DNA of 64,000 nucleotides from an uncultured delta proteobacterium (GCA_963785725.1 CAWAWS010000024.1:128001-192000); one strand, 5' to 3'; positions 24,096 to 34,735 are shown, counted from the first letter of the stretch. Notes: generated by a model from the sequence alone, not told the origin. Made by a program: numbers and translations.

Positions 24096-24695
24096 TCAGC
24101 CTCCGGAGACGCGCGCGTACGACTGATCTCGGTCGACGCGAATGTCATCATAGATCGACTGCAGAAGAACGATCTTTTCCGTCAGCAGGCGATGATTGTC
24201 GCGCGCGATCCGCTCCGACAGCGGCAGCCGATTCTGCCGGCGCTCCAGCTCTTGCCATGCCGCCGCCGAGTAGTCGAACAGGAACTTGCCGGCGACGTCC
24301 TTACCGCCACGCACGTCGTCGAGCGCCTGGGCGCGCACGAGCTGCAGCGTCGGATCGGGCGCGCGGCGGAAGAAGCCGACCGCTTGCGCCGCCGTCGCCG
24401 TCGCAAAAGGCGTCTCGGGATGGAACACGGCCGCGACGAACGCCGAGTGCGCCGTCCGCAGCGGCACGCAGGCGCGATCGAACGCCTCGGCATCGAGCGT
24501 CAGGCGCGGAAAGATCAAGAGACCGACCGCCAGCCGCGCATCGGCCGCGAGCGCGTCGATGGCGGCGCGGGCGTCGTCGAGCGAGCCGAGCACGCGCCGC
24601 TGCACCTGCCCGTCGGCCGCCAGCGACGGCGCCGCGAACGGGCAAACGCCGTGCTGCACGACCACTTCGTCGATCCAGCGGCGATTGACGCGCAA
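24096..24695 (-). CDS. DUF1415-like protein
   Basis: WIDEVVVQHGVCPFA, VFHP, RRAPDPTLQLVR, IARDN; start uncertain. Confidence 0.7.
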   Translation of the reverse strand: MRVNRRWIDEVVVQHGVCPFAAPSLAADGQVQRRVLGSLDDARAAIDALAADARLAVGLLIFPRLTLDAEAFDRACVPLRTAHSAFVAAVFHPETPFATATAAQAVGFFRRAPDPTLQLVRAQALDDVRGGKDVAGKFLFDYSAAAWQELERRQNRLPLSERIARDNHRLLTEKIVLLQSIYDDIRVDRDQSYARVSGG

Positions 24696-24711
24696 GACCT
24701 CGCGTTCGAAC

Positions 24712-25182
24712 TCAGAACTTATTGGTCACCGACAAGAAGGTCATCTTGTCGTTGGTCTCGCGCAGGCGGCCCGACAAGGTGCGCACGAAGTTCCACAAGA
24801 GCTCGTAGGCCAGGTCGCGATCGACGAACAGCAGATCTTCCAGATCTTCTTTGCGGATGACGAACAGGCGGCACTTCTCGTGGACGATGGCGTGCGCCGA
24901 GCGCGGGAAGTCGTCGATGAGCGCCATCTCGCCGAAGTAGGCACCCGTTTTCAGGACGGCCAGCGCCTCTTCGCCCATCCCCGGCACCATGCGCGAGATG
25001 CGCACGGCCCCGTCGATGATGAGGTAGAACTTGTCGCCCTTGTCGCCCTCTTGGAAAATAGTCGTGGCGCCGATGTGCTCTTCTTCCGAGCCGATGTCGG
25101 CGATGCGGCGCAAATAGGCCGCAGGCAGGCCGGCAAAGAATTTGATCGTGCCCAGCAGCTCCACCGCTTCGACGGGCGTCAT
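24712..25182 (-). CDS. Stand-alone cyclic nucleotide-binding protein
   Basis: IFQEGDKGDKFYLI and FGEMALIDDFPRSA. Confidence 0.88.
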   Translation of the reverse strand: MTPVEAVELLGTIKFFAGLPAAYLRRIADIGSEEEHIGATTIFQEGDKGDKFYLIIDGAVRISRMVPGMGEEALAVLKTGAYFGEMALIDDFPRSAHAIVHEKCRLFVIRKEDLEDLLFVDRDLAYELLWNFVRTLSGRLRETNDKMTFLSVTNKF

Positions 25183-25228
25183 CGGCGGCTATCGTAAACC
25201 TGACCCGCTAAATCGCAAAACAGATGCG

Positions 25229-26191
25229 TCATTCGCTGAGGAATCGGGCGGCGTCGAGGGCGGCCATGCAGCCGGTGCCGGCGGCGGAGACCGCCTGGCG
25301 ATAGACGTGGTCGGCGACGTCGCCGGCGGCGAACACGCCCGCAATCTTCGTCGCCGTCTGCGCCGTTTTGATGCCGGGCAGGACCAGATAGCCGTTGTCG
25401 TCGAGGTCGAGCTGGCCGCGGAAGAGGTCGGTGTTGGGCTGATGGCCGATGGCGACGAACACGCCGTGCGCCGGGACGCTGGTGATCTCGCCGGTCTTCA
25501 AGTTGCGGATGCGCACGCTGGTGACGCCGCGTTTGTTGCGCTCGCCCTCGATCTCCTCGATGGCGCTGTCGGTGAGCCAGGCGATCTTGGGATCTTTGCG
25601 GGCGCGCTCGAGCATGATCGCCGACGCGCGAAACTCCGAGCGTCGATGCACGATCGTGACCTTGGCGGCGTGCTTCGTCAGATGCGTCGCCTCCTCCATC
25701 GCCGTGTCGCCGCCGCCGACGACGAGCACCTCTTGGTTGCGGAAGAAGAAGCCGTCGCAGGTGGCGCACGCCGAGACGCCGTAGCCTTTGAGCCGCTCTT
25801 CCGACGGCAAATTGAGCCAGCGCGCCTGCGCGCCGGTGGCGATGATCAGCGCGTCGGCCTTGACCTCGACCTCCTCGATGCCGGCGACGTGCAGCGTAAA
25901 CGGGCGCGCCGACAGATCGACCTTCTCGACGTCGCCCTGCGCGAAGCGCGTGCCGAAGCGCTCGGCCTGCGCGCGAAAGCTCTGCATCAGCTCGGGACCG
26001 AGAATGCCCTTGGGAAACCCTGGATAATTCTCGACTTCGGTGGTGTTGACGAGCTGGCCGCCGGGCGGTCCACCGCGCACCAGGCCTTCGATGACGAGCG
26101 GCACAATGGCGGCGCGCGCGGCGTAAATGGCGGCGGTGAGCCCAGCCGGACCGGAACCGAGGATGACGAGTCGTTCCTGCAGCGTCTTCAT
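25229..26191 (-). CDS. trxB: Thioredoxin reductase
   Basis: GSGPAGLTAA, CATCDG, GGGDTA, AAGDVADHVYRQA. Confidence 0.95.
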   Translation of the reverse strand: MKTLQERLVILGSGPAGLTAAIYAARAAIVPLVIEGLVRGGPPGGQLVNTTEVENYPGFPKGILGPELMQSFRAQAERFGTRFAQGDVEKVDLSARPFTLHVAGIEEVEVKADALIIATGAQARWLNLPSEERLKGYGVSACATCDGFFFRNQEVLVVGGGDTAMEEATHLTKHAAKVTIVHRRSEFRASAIMLERARKDPKIAWLTDSAIEEIEGERNKRGVTSVRIRNLKTGEITSVPAHGVFVAIGHQPNTDLFRGQLDLDDNGYLVLPGIKTAQTATKIAGVFAAGDVADHVYRQAVSAAGTGCMAALDAARFLSE

Positions 26192-26253
26192 GACCGTGCA
26201 GATATAACACCGGCGCCGCGGTCGCGCTCGACCGGGCGCCGCGGTCGACGCGT

Positions 26254-26802
26254 CTATTTGCCGTCGAGATGCTTCATCAGATCCGACATGTCGTTGGCGT
26301 GCTCTTCCTCTTTGGCGAGGATCTCTTCGAGCATGCGTCGGGTCGTCGGGTCGCCGTCACCGAAGAAGCGGATCATCTCCGAGTAGCTCTCGATGGCGAT
26401 GCGCTCGGCGACCAAGTTCTCGCGGATCATGTCGAGCAGGTTCTTGCCCTCGACATACTCCGAGTGGCTGCGCGTCAGCATGCCTTCGGGGTTCAAGTTG
26501 GGCTCGCCGCCGAGCTGCGTGATGCGCTCGGAGATCTGGTCGGCGTGGCCCTGCTCTTCACCGGCGTGCTCGAGGAACTCGGCCTTGACGCCTTCGGAGT
26601 GGATGCCCTCGGCGGCGTAATAGTGGCGCTTGTAGCGCAAGACGCACACGATCTCCGTCGCCAGCGCCTCGTTGAGCAGCTTGATGGCGGTCTCGCGATC
26701 GACCTTGTAGCCGTCGGTGATCGCGCCTTTTTCGATGTGCGCCCGCGCCCGCTTGCGCAGCTCTTTGATGTCGGAAATGAACGGCGACGTTCCTTGGGCC
26801 AT
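26254..26802 (-). CDS. Bacterioferritin/ferritin-like protein
   Basis: Di-iron ligand pattern E...EEQGH...E...EEEH; GGAGG RBS before ATG 26802. Confidence 0.85.
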   Translation of the reverse strand: MAQGTSPFISDIKELRKRARAHIEKGAITDGYKVDRETAIKLLNEALATEIVCVLRYKRHYYAAEGIHSEGVKAEFLEHAGEEQGHADQISERITQLGGEPNLNPEGMLTRSHSEYVEGKNLLDMIRENLVAERIAIESYSEMIRFFGDGDPTTRRMLEEILAKEEEHANDMSDLMKHLDGK

Positions 26803-26940
26803 GTGTGAATCCTCCACGGCAGAGGCTCTAGTCACCGCCTACGCCCACGCAAGCGGGCGGCGTGCAGAAAACGCGCTGCTGCTGTCTAGGTCGAGAGAAT
26901 GATTGGCGGTGAAGGCGGAAGGACGAGGCGCGGCGCGGCC

Positions 26941-29253
26941 TCAGGAAATCGGGTGGTTGTTGCTGCACAAGCCGTTGATGCAGGTGAAGCCGTCGGACAC
27001 GCCGCAGCAGTCGCTGTCGACGGTGCACTTCTCGAACTCCTGCGAGCAGCTGGGCTGCTGGTCGGTGCAGATGAGCCCGGTTCCACCGTCGCCGCCGCTG
27101 ACCGGCGGACGGCAATAGCCGCCGCAGCACTCGTCGCCCGATTCGCACGAGGTGCCGTCGGCGTGGCAGGGATCGACGGTCCAGAAGCCGCGCGCGTTGC
27201 CGGCGATGAGCTCCTGGCCCGGCAAGTAGAACGCCGGATGCGACGGATCGGTGCCCGCCGGCGCGTTCAGATCGATCGCCGCCACCCACAGCTTCTTCGG
27301 CGTGTACTGCGTCTTGTCGAGCCAATGATAGAGGCGCGGATCGCTGCTCTTGGCGTCGATGGTGGCGATGTTGGCGTAGAGGCGCCGGCTGGTGAAGACG
27401 ACCCAGGCGTAGCCGCCGGACACGACCGGGTTGACCGTCGGCTCGTAGTTGAGCGTGGCGTCGGCGGCGCCGGTGTGCGCGCCGAACGACGGCAAGTAGC
27501 CGGCGCCGTTGAGCTGCGCGAGCGCGACGGGCGCGGCGCTGGCCGTCGTCGACCACATGAGCTCGCCGGTGCCGCCTTGCCACGTGTAGCCGAAGTGCGT
27601 CGACGTGATCTCGTGCTCGAACACGACCGCGTCGCTCGTCGGCAGGAACGACGACCACGAGTCGACGCCCTTGGCCGGCTCGTCGAGCAGGCGGAAGTTC
27701 GAGAACGTCGTCGTGGCCGCGTCGTAGTCGAGGACGGCCATCGACTTGCCGTCACTCGTCGTCGTGCCGCTCGTCGTCGACGACTGATAGTTGAACGAGA
27801 GATGCTTGCCGTCGGGCGAGAACACCGGCAGCGCCGCTTTGAACGAGTCCCAGGGCAAGGTCGGCTGCGTCGCCATGAGCACGCCCGCCGCCGTCCAGGC
27901 TTCGCTCTTCGAGTCGCCGTTGATCATGGCGCCCGAGTCGGACATGAACCAGCTGCCGTCGGGCGCGAGCGCCGGGAACGCGTGGCCGGTGCCGGCGACG
28001 GGAACCTGCGCGTTGCTGTTGGTGAGCTGGAACAGGCTGGAGACGTCGTAGTTGTCGCCGTGCTGGGTCAAGAGCGTCGAGCCGTTGGCCGAGACCGAGT
28101 GGCAGACGCGGCAGCCGGTCATGTTGGCGCTGTAAGTGCCGGCGACGACGCTGGGCGCCGTGTCGCCGGGCTTGATGGCGAGCGTCGCGGCGCCGAACTG
28201 CGGTCCCGTGCGCACGGGCTTGGCCGCCGTGCAGTTGGCGATGGTATCGGTGGTGGCGCAGCTCGGCTCGCCCGAGTTGCCGACGTTGGCCGGATTCGTC
28301 GGATCGGCGACGAGCGCGGTGCCGTACGAGTTGTAATAGACGGTGCCCTTGAGCGTGCCGGGCGCGATGTGCCACGTCATCGTGTAGGGCCCGATCGCCG
28401 TGGGCGTGCCCGATTTCGTGTCCTCGAACGTCAGGCTCACCGAGACGTCGTCGCCCTGCCCGTTGTTCGAATACGACAGCGTGTGCCAGACATCGTCGGG
28501 AATCGGGATGTTGATGAACGGCGTCGCGTTGGCCGCGAACGTCCCCGTGTAATCGAAGTTGGCCTCGTGCAGCTTGATGAGCACGGCGTCGAAGGTGTGA
28601 TTGGCCGACGGATCCCAGGCGATGAGCGGCGCCAAGAGGCCGCGCGGCCACACCGTGCCGTCGTACGGATAGAGGATGTGCACGGCCGTATCGGGCGCGG
28701 TCGGCGTCCCGGTCAGCACGCCGGTCTGCGTCGGGCTGGCGCCGCCCGCCGGACCGCCGCCACCGACGCCGCCGTAACCGCCCGCACCGGCATCGACCGT
28801 CGGCGGATAGGCCGGGTCGCCGTTCTGCGTCTGCGCGATCACCACCGTCACCGACGTCGACGCGGTCTCGCCTTGATAGGTGGCCGTGATCGTCGCCTTG
28901 CCGCCGAGGGTGCCGGCCGGGCTGAAGGCGCCGGTGCCGACGATGATCTGCCCGATCTCGCCGCGATCGATCGTCCAGGCCGGATCGACGCCGATGCCAT
29001 TGACCGTCGCGGTGAAGTTGACGCCGGGCGTCGTGGCGCCGGGTGCGATCGTGATGACCTGGTTCAGCGGCGACAGCACCAGCGGGCCGCTCATGTCCGT
29101 GCTCACCGGCGGGCCGGCGTCCTGCACGGGCGTGACCGCCATGTCGGCGCCGACGACCGGACCGGCATCGACGAGACCGTGCTCGGCCGCGTGATGGCAG
29201 CCGACGACCGACAAGACCAAAGCCGTGCTAAGGCGCGCGAAAGTAAAACGCAT
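26941..29253 (-). CDS. Large lipoprotein with TolB/PD40-like propeller, CxxCH motif and Cys-rich tail
   Basis: Lipobox VVGC; PVFSPDGK and FPALAPDG repeats; CRVCH; C-terminal C-C-CC-C modules. Confidence 0.75.
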   Translation of the reverse strand: MRFTFARLSTALVLSVVGCHHAAEHGLVDAGPVVGADMAVTPVQDAGPPVSTDMSGPLVLSPLNQVITIAPGATTPGVNFTATVNGIGVDPAWTIDRGEIGQIIVGTGAFSPAGTLGGKATITATYQGETASTSVTVVIAQTQNGDPAYPPTVDAGAGGYGGVGGGGPAGGASPTQTGVLTGTPTAPDTAVHILYPYDGTVWPRGLLAPLIAWDPSANHTFDAVLIKLHEANFDYTGTFAANATPFINIPIPDDVWHTLSYSNNGQGDDVSVSLTFEDTKSGTPTAIGPYTMTWHIAPGTLKGTVYYNSYGTALVADPTNPANVGNSGEPSCATTDTIANCTAAKPVRTGPQFGAATLAIKPGDTAPSVVAGTYSANMTGCRVCHSVSANGSTLLTQHGDNYDVSSLFQLTNSNAQVPVAGTGHAFPALAPDGSWFMSDSGAMINGDSKSEAWTAAGVLMATQPTLPWDSFKAALPVFSPDGKHLSFNYQSSTTSGTTTSDGKSMAVLDYDAATTTFSNFRLLDEPAKGVDSWSSFLPTSDAVVFEHEITSTHFGYTWQGGTGELMWSTTASAAPVALAQLNGAGYLPSFGAHTGAADATLNYEPTVNPVVSGGYAWVVFTSRRLYANIATIDAKSSDPRLYHWLDKTQYTPKKLWVAAIDLNAPAGTDPSHPAFYLPGQELIAGNARGFWTVDPCHADGTSCESGDECCGGYCRPPVSGGDGGTGLICTDQQPSCSQEFEKCTVDSDCCGVSDGFTCINGLCSNNHPIS

Positions 29254-29391
29254 GTGAGCGATTTTATGTGCACACTGCTGTTAGCGTCAACCAGGAGTTG
29301 ACACCCACATCCGCTAGCGCACGCGCCGACGACGCGACTGCAAGGTCGCAAATACATCAACTGTTTCGAGGATTAGGCGAGAGGCGCGAGC

Positions 29392-30711
29392 TTAGGGCAG
29401 CTGTTCGCGCGTGAAGTTGCGGACGCCGTCGGCGCGCACCTGCAGGTCGTCTTCGATGCGAATGCCGCCGAACGGCGCCAACGCGTCGACGAGGTTCCAA
29501 TCGACGAGGCCGGGTCGCGCCGCGTTGACGCCCGCGCGCAACGGATCGAGCAGCATCGGCGTGAAGTAGATGCCGGGCTCGATGGTGAACACTTGGTCGA
29601 CGGAGATCTTCGACGTGTTGCGGAGCCACGGGTTCTCGGCTTTGGGCTTGACCTCCGCGCAGCCGACGTCGTGGCAGGTGAGGCCGAGCGAATGGCCGAG
29701 GCCGTGCGGGAAGAAGGCGCGCGTCAGGCCGGCGGCGAGCGCTTCGTCGGGGCTCGCTTTGGCGACGCCTATTTCGCACAAGATGGCGGCGATCTGGCGG
29801 TGCGCGTCGTCGTGCAATTGCTCGTACGGCTTGCCGACAGCGACGGCGGCGCACAACCGCTGCTGCATGGCTTCGGTCTGCGCGACGAGGCCGGCGAACG
29901 CGCTCGCGCCCGCGCCGTCGCCTTTGACATAGGTGCGCGTGATGTCGCTGCAGTAGCCGTTGCAGGCGGCGCCGGCGTCGAGCAGCAGCGACTCGGCCGA
30001 GCGCGCCCGCGGCTGCTTGCGATAGGAGACGTGATGCAGCGTGGCCGCGTTCTCGCCGAGCGCGACGATGTTCTTGTACGGCGTCTCCGGATCGTCCTGC
30101 GCCGTCGCCTGCAAATACAGGAGGTGCAGGTCGAGCTCGGAGCGATCGCCCGCCAAGAACGCCTGATGCAGCGCGCGATGACCGAGCGCGGCCACGCGGT
30201 TGGCTTCGTCGATCGAGGCCAGCTCGTAAGGCGTCTTGTGCACGCGCGTTTGATCGAACGCCTTCATGAGCCCGGCCGGATTGGACTCGCGGATGCCCCA
30301 TTGATCGGCGCGCGCCGTCTCTTCGCCGACGAACGCGAGCCGACCCGACGGATGCAGATGCGCGCGCGCGTCGGCCACGTCCTCGATGACGACGATGTCG
30401 AGCTGCGCCAGCCAGAAGTCGTTGTCCGGCACCGGCGGCTTTTCCCAGAAGTTCGGCGGCTGACACCAAATCAGCTTCGGCCGCTGTCCCGGTCGAATCA
30501 GCAGCGCGCAATCGGGCTGGGCCAGCGGCAACCAATGCTGAAACTCGGGTGTCGCGCGTAGCGGCCAATATTGATCGTCGAACATCGTCCGCGACTTGGC
30601 GACGCCGGAGTGAATGGCGACGGCGTCGTAACCGTGCTCGCCGAGCGCCTTCGCGTAGCGACGCTCGAGCTCGGCCAGGTGCGCGCGATGCAGCTTCTGC
30701 CAGTCGTGCAT
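29392..30711 (-). CDS. pepQ: Xaa-Pro dipeptidase
   Basis: LDAGA, YCSDITRT, FFPHGLGHSLGL..HD, FTIEPGIYF, GGIRIEDD. Confidence 0.9.
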   Translation of the reverse strand: MHDWQKLHRAHLAELERRYAKALGEHGYDAVAIHSGVAKSRTMFDDQYWPLRATPEFQHWLPLAQPDCALLIRPGQRPKLIWCQPPNFWEKPPVPDNDFWLAQLDIVVIEDVADARAHLHPSGRLAFVGEETARADQWGIRESNPAGLMKAFDQTRVHKTPYELASIDEANRVAALGHRALHQAFLAGDRSELDLHLLYLQATAQDDPETPYKNIVALGENAATLHHVSYRKQPRARSAESLLLDAGAACNGYCSDITRTYVKGDGAGASAFAGLVAQTEAMQQRLCAAVAVGKPYEQLHDDAHRQIAAILCEIGVAKASPDEALAAGLTRAFFPHGLGHSLGLTCHDVGCAEVKPKAENPWLRNTSKISVDQVFTIEPGIYFTPMLLDPLRAGVNAARPGLVDWNLVDALAPFGGIRIEDDLQVRADGVRNFTREQLP

Positions 30712-30760
30712 GGGGAGCGAGGCTAGCACGAACTTTGGCGGCCGATTACGCGGCCGATTT

Positions 30761-31837
30761 ATGGTAAGACGGGCCGTGGCCGGCGACGCATATGTGTTGA
30801 TCATGGCGGGTGGTGGCGGGACGCGACTGTGGCCGGCGAGCCGAAAGCGGCGGCCGAAACAGTTCCTGCCCATGCTCGAAGGGGGCGGTACGCTGCTCGG
30901 CGAGACGGTGGCGCGCGTGCAAGGCCTGGTGCCGGCCGAGCGTATCCTCATCGTCACCGCGGCCGACCAAATCGACGAGTGTCTGCGCGCCGCGCCGTCG
31001 GTGCCGCGCGACAACGTCGTGGTCGAGCCGCAGGCGCGCAACACGGCGGCGTGCATCGGCTTGGGCGCGCTCGAGGTCTTGCGCCGCGATCCGGCGGGCG
31101 TGCTGGCGGTGTTGCCGTCCGACCAATGGGTGCGCGACGCCGCCGGCTATCGCGACACGCTCGAGCGCGCCATCGACGTCGCGCGCAGCGGCGCCATCGT
31201 CACCATCGGCATCGTGCCCGACGCGCCCGAGACCGGCTTTGGCTACTTGGAGCTGGGCGCGGAGACCGAGCGCGGCGTCCGGGTCGTCGACAAGTTCGTC
31301 GAGAAGCCGAACAGGGCGACGGCCGAGCAGTATGTCGCCGGCAAACGTCACCTGTGGAACTCGGGCATGTTCGTCTTTGCGGCCAAGCGGCTGCTCGAAG
31401 CCGTGCGCGCGCACATGCCGCAGCTGGCCGACATCCTCCACCAAATCGCCGAAGCGCCCGAGCGCACCGAGGAGCTCTATCCGCGCGCGCCGGCGCAGTC
31501 GATCGACTACGGCGTCATGGAGAAGCTGCCACGCGGCGACGTGTTCGTCGTGCCCGGCGACTTCGGCTGGAACGACGTCGGCAGCTGGTCGGCGCTCGGC
31601 AGCTTGCGCGCCGCCGACGGCGACGGCAACACGAGCGCGGCCGACAGCGTGACGATCGACGCGCGCGGCAACGTCCTGTACGCCGAGGGCAAGCAGCTCA
31701 TCGCCGCCGTCGGAGTCGAGAATCTCGTGATCGTCGCCACCGGGGACGCCATCTTGGTGATGCCGAAGTCGCGCGCCCAAGACGTGAAAGAGGTCGTCAA
31801 GCGCCTAGAAACGACGCATCGCAAGGAGCTGTTATGA
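30761..31837 (+). CDS. manC: Mannose-1-phosphate guanylyltransferase
   Basis: IMAGGGGTRLWPASR..PKQF, EPQARNTA, FVEKP, WNSGMF, WNDVGSW. Confidence 0.92.
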   Translation: MVRRAVAGDAYVLIMAGGGGTRLWPASRKRRPKQFLPMLEGGGTLLGETVARVQGLVPAERILIVTAADQIDECLRAAPSVPRDNVVVEPQARNTAACIGLGALEVLRRDPAGVLAVLPSDQWVRDAAGYRDTLERAIDVARSGAIVTIGIVPDAPETGFGYLELGAETERGVRVVDKFVEKPNRATAEQYVAGKRHLWNSGMFVFAAKRLLEAVRAHMPQLADILHQIAEAPERTEELYPRAPAQSIDYGVMEKLPRGDVFVVPGDFGWNDVGSWSALGSLRAADGDGNTSAADSVTIDARGNVLYAEGKQLIAAVGVENLVIVATGDAILVMPKSRAQDVKEVVKRLETTHRKELL

Positions 31838-33207
31838 ACCCGCGCGTCTTCCGTGAGTACGACATTCGAGGCAACGCCGATCGCGACCTCGACGACGGCT
31901 TCGTCAACCTGCTCGGCAAGGCCATCGGCAGCCACTTGAAGCGCTCGGGCGCCCGCCGCATCACGCTCGGCCGCGACTGCCGCGTGCACTCGCCCAGGCT
32001 GCACAAAGAGCTCAAGGCCGGCATTTTATCGACGGGAATCAATATCATCGACGTCGGTATCGTGGCCACGCCGCTCCTCTACTTCAGCGTCTTTTATTTC
32101 GACAGCGACGGCGGCGTGCAGATCACCGGCTCGCACAATCCGCCCGAGGACAACGGCTTCAAGATCCTCAAAGGCAAGTCGACGATTCACGGCGGCGAGA
32201 TTCAGGAGCTGCGCAAGATCGTCGAGTCCAAGCAGTTCGAGAGCGGCCTCGGCTTGAGCGAAGATCGCGGCATCGAGCCGGCCTATCTCGACATGGCGGC
32301 GTCGAAGATTCAGCTCGGGCCGCGCCGCTTCAAAGTCGTCGTCGATGCCGGCAACGGCGTCGGCGGCACGGCGGTTCCGCTCTTGCAAAAGCTCGGCTTC
32401 GACGTGACGCCGATGTTCATCGAGCAGGACGGGCGCTTCCCCAATCATCATCCCGATCCGACGGTGGAAGCGAACGTCGCCGACCTGAAGGCCAAAGTGA
32501 CCGAGGTCGGCGCCGAGGTCGGCATCGCGCTCGACGGCGACGCGGATCGCATCGGCGTCGTCGACAACAAGGGCCGCATCATCTGGGGCGACCAGCTGAT
32601 GATCTTGTTCGCGCGCTCGATCTTGAAAGAGGTGCCGGGCGCGACGTTCGTGAGCGAGGTCAAGTGCTCCAAGGCGCTCTACGACGAGATCGCCAAAGCG
32701 GGCGGCAAAGCGATCATGTGGAAGGTCGGCCACTCGCTCATCAAAGAGAAGATGAAGGCCGAGGGCGCGCTCTTGGCCGGCGAAATGTCCGGCCACATCT
32801 TCTTCGCGCATCGTTATTACGGCTATGACGACGCCATTTACGCGGCCGCGCGCTTGGTCGAGCTGCTCACGAAGTCGGAGGAGACGCTCGATCAAATCGT
32901 CGACAAGCTGCCGAAGCTGTTCAACACGCCCGAGCTGCGTTACGAGCTGAGCGACGAGATCAAGTTCGAGGTCGTCAAGCGCGTCGTCGAGAAGTTCAAG
33001 GCGACGGAGAAGGATGACGGGCACGACGTGGTCGACGTCGACGGCGCACGCATCACGTGGAAAGACGGCTGGGCGCTGGTGCGCGCGTCGAACACGCAGG
33101 CGGCGCTGGTGCTGCGCTTCGAAGCCGAGACGCCCGAGCGGCTGCAGACGATTCGCACGCGGGTCGAGACCGAGCTCAAGAAGATCGAGAGCGAGGTCAA
33201 GGGCTGA
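31834..33207 (+). CDS. algC: Phosphomannomutase/phosphoglucomutase
   Basis: FREYDIRG, TGSHNP, DGDADR, GEMSGH; ATGA overlap with manC. Confidence 0.9.
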   Translation: MNPRVFREYDIRGNADRDLDDGFVNLLGKAIGSHLKRSGARRITLGRDCRVHSPRLHKELKAGILSTGINIIDVGIVATPLLYFSVFYFDSDGGVQITGSHNPPEDNGFKILKGKSTIHGGEIQELRKIVESKQFESGLGLSEDRGIEPAYLDMAASKIQLGPRRFKVVVDAGNGVGGTAVPLLQKLGFDVTPMFIEQDGRFPNHHPDPTVEANVADLKAKVTEVGAEVGIALDGDADRIGVVDNKGRIIWGDQLMILFARSILKEVPGATFVSEVKCSKALYDEIAKAGGKAIMWKVGHSLIKEKMKAEGALLAGEMSGHIFFAHRYYGYDDAIYAAARLVELLTKSEETLDQIVDKLPKLFNTPELRYELSDEIKFEVVKRVVEKFKATEKDDGHDVVDVDGARITWKDGWALVRASNTQAALVLRFEAETPERLQTIRTRVETELKKIESEVKG

Positions 33208-34160
33208 TGGCCATCGCTGTCGGCGTGGACTTGGGCGCGACCAATGCGCGTGTGGCGCTGGTCGACGTCGCGGCTGGCAAAATCCTGGCCGAGAACAAGC
33301 ATCCGTGGACCGATCACTCGCCGGAGACGGTGGCGGCGATCGTCGGTCAAGCGGTGCGCGAGATCGATCCCGACGGCAAGCGCGTCGGCGTCGGCGTCGG
33401 CTTCGCCGGCATGCTGCGCGGCTGGAGCGGCGTCGTGGTCATCGCGCCCAACTTCGGCTGGCACGAGGTCGACTTCCGCAGCCTCTTGCGCGCCAAGGTC
33501 GGGCAGCAGTGCGAGCTGTACAACGACTTGAACGCCATCGCCTACGGCGAGGCCCGCTACGGCTCGGCGCGCGGCGAGAACGACATCATCTGCGTCTACG
33601 TCGGCACCGGCGTCGGCTCCGGCATCGTGCTCGACGGCCGGCTCTACTCGGGCTCGACGCACTTGGCCGGCGAGTTGGGCCACACCAAAGTCGTGCCCAA
33701 CGGCCGGCTCTGCGGCTGCGGCATGCGCGGCTGCTTGGAAGCGTACACCTCCGGCAAGAACATTCAGCTGCGCGCGCAAGAAGAATTGCGCAGCGGGGCG
33801 CGCAGCTTGGCGACGGATCTGGCCGGTGGCATCGACAAGGTGCACGCCGGCTTCCTCGACGAGGCCGCCCGCCGCGGTGACGCTTACGCCGGCCAGCTGT
33901 GGGAAGAGGTGTCGACGCTGCTCGGCTTGGCGCTGGCGAACGTCGTCACGACGCTGAATCCGAAGCGGCTCGTCATGGGCGGCGGCGTGTGGCAAGGCGC
34001 GCCCGAATTGCGGCGGCGCGCGGTGGCGCGGCTGTTCGACTTCGTGAACCAGCCGTCGCGCGAAGGCTTCGAGGTCGTCGACACGGCGCTCGGTGACTCG
34101 GCGGGCATGCTGGGCGCGGCGGCGCTCATCAGCACGCCGGCGGCGGCGCCCAAGTCATGA
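33207..34160 (+). CDS. ROK-family sugar kinase (glucokinase-like)
   Basis: GVDLGAT, NDLNA, GTGVGSG, GELGH, CGCGMRGCLE. Confidence 0.9.
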   Translation: MAIAVGVDLGATNARVALVDVAAGKILAENKHPWTDHSPETVAAIVGQAVREIDPDGKRVGVGVGFAGMLRGWSGVVVIAPNFGWHEVDFRSLLRAKVGQQCELYNDLNAIAYGEARYGSARGENDIICVYVGTGVGSGIVLDGRLYSGSTHLAGELGHTKVVPNGRLCGCGMRGCLEAYTSGKNIQLRAQEELRSGARSLATDLAGGIDKVHAGFLDEAARRGDAYAGQLWEEVSTLLGLALANVVTTLNPKRLVMGGGVWQGAPELRRRAVARLFDFVNQPSREGFEVVDTALGDSAGMLGAAALISTPAAAPKS

Positions 34161-34735
34161 AGCGCGTCGAGTTCTTCTTCGATCTGGCGTCGCCCTATTC
34201 GTATTTGGCGGCGACGCAGCTACCGGAGCTGGCGCGGCGCACCGGCGCGACGATCGCGTGGCGGCCGTTCGTGCTCGGCGCGGTCATGAAGGCGACGGGC
34301 AACGACATGCCGGCGCGCGTGGCCAACAAAGCGCGCTGGATGGGCCAAGATCTGCAGCGCTGGGCGGCGCATTACGGCATCCCGTGGCAGATGACGTCGC
34401 ACTTTCCGCTCAACACGGTCAAGGCGATGCGGCTCGTGCTCCTCGACGAGACCAAGGCGGAGACGGTGGCGCTGGCGGCGTTTCGCGCGCTGTGGGCCGA
34501 GGATCGCAACATCACCGAGGAGCCCGAGCTGCGGCGGATTGCGGCCGCGGGCGGGCTCGACGTGACGACGGCGTTGGTGGCGATCGAAGACGCGCGCATC
34601 AAGGATCGGCTGCGCGCGAACACCGACGAGGCGATCGCGCGCGGAGCGTTCGGCGCGCCGACGATGCTGGTGGACGAGCAGCTGTTCTGGGGCAACGATC
34701 GCCTGCAGTTCGTCGAAGCGGCGCTGAAAGCGTAG
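34157..34735 (+). CDS. 2-hydroxychromene-2-carboxylate isomerase / GST-kappa (DsbA family)
   Basis: FFFDLASPYSY, GAFGAPT, FWGNDRL. Confidence 0.88.
   Translation: MKRVEFFFDLASPYSYLAATQLPELARRTGATIAWRPFVLGAVMKATGNDMPARVANKARWMGQDLQRWAAHYGIPWQMTSHFPLNTVKAMRLVLLDETKAETVALAAFRALWAEDRNITEEPELRRIAAAGGLDVTTALVAIEDARIKDRLRANTDEAIARGAFGAPTMLVDEQLFWGNDRLQFVEAALKA

Noticed and set aside
26899..29301. 800-aa plus-strand ORF
   Set aside because: Antisense shadow of the propeller lipoprotein
29254..29391. Riboswitch upstream of the large lipoprotein
   Set aside because: Only two short hairpins (GTCAAC/GTTGAC and GCGAC/GTCGC); no match to a riboswitch consensus I can recognise
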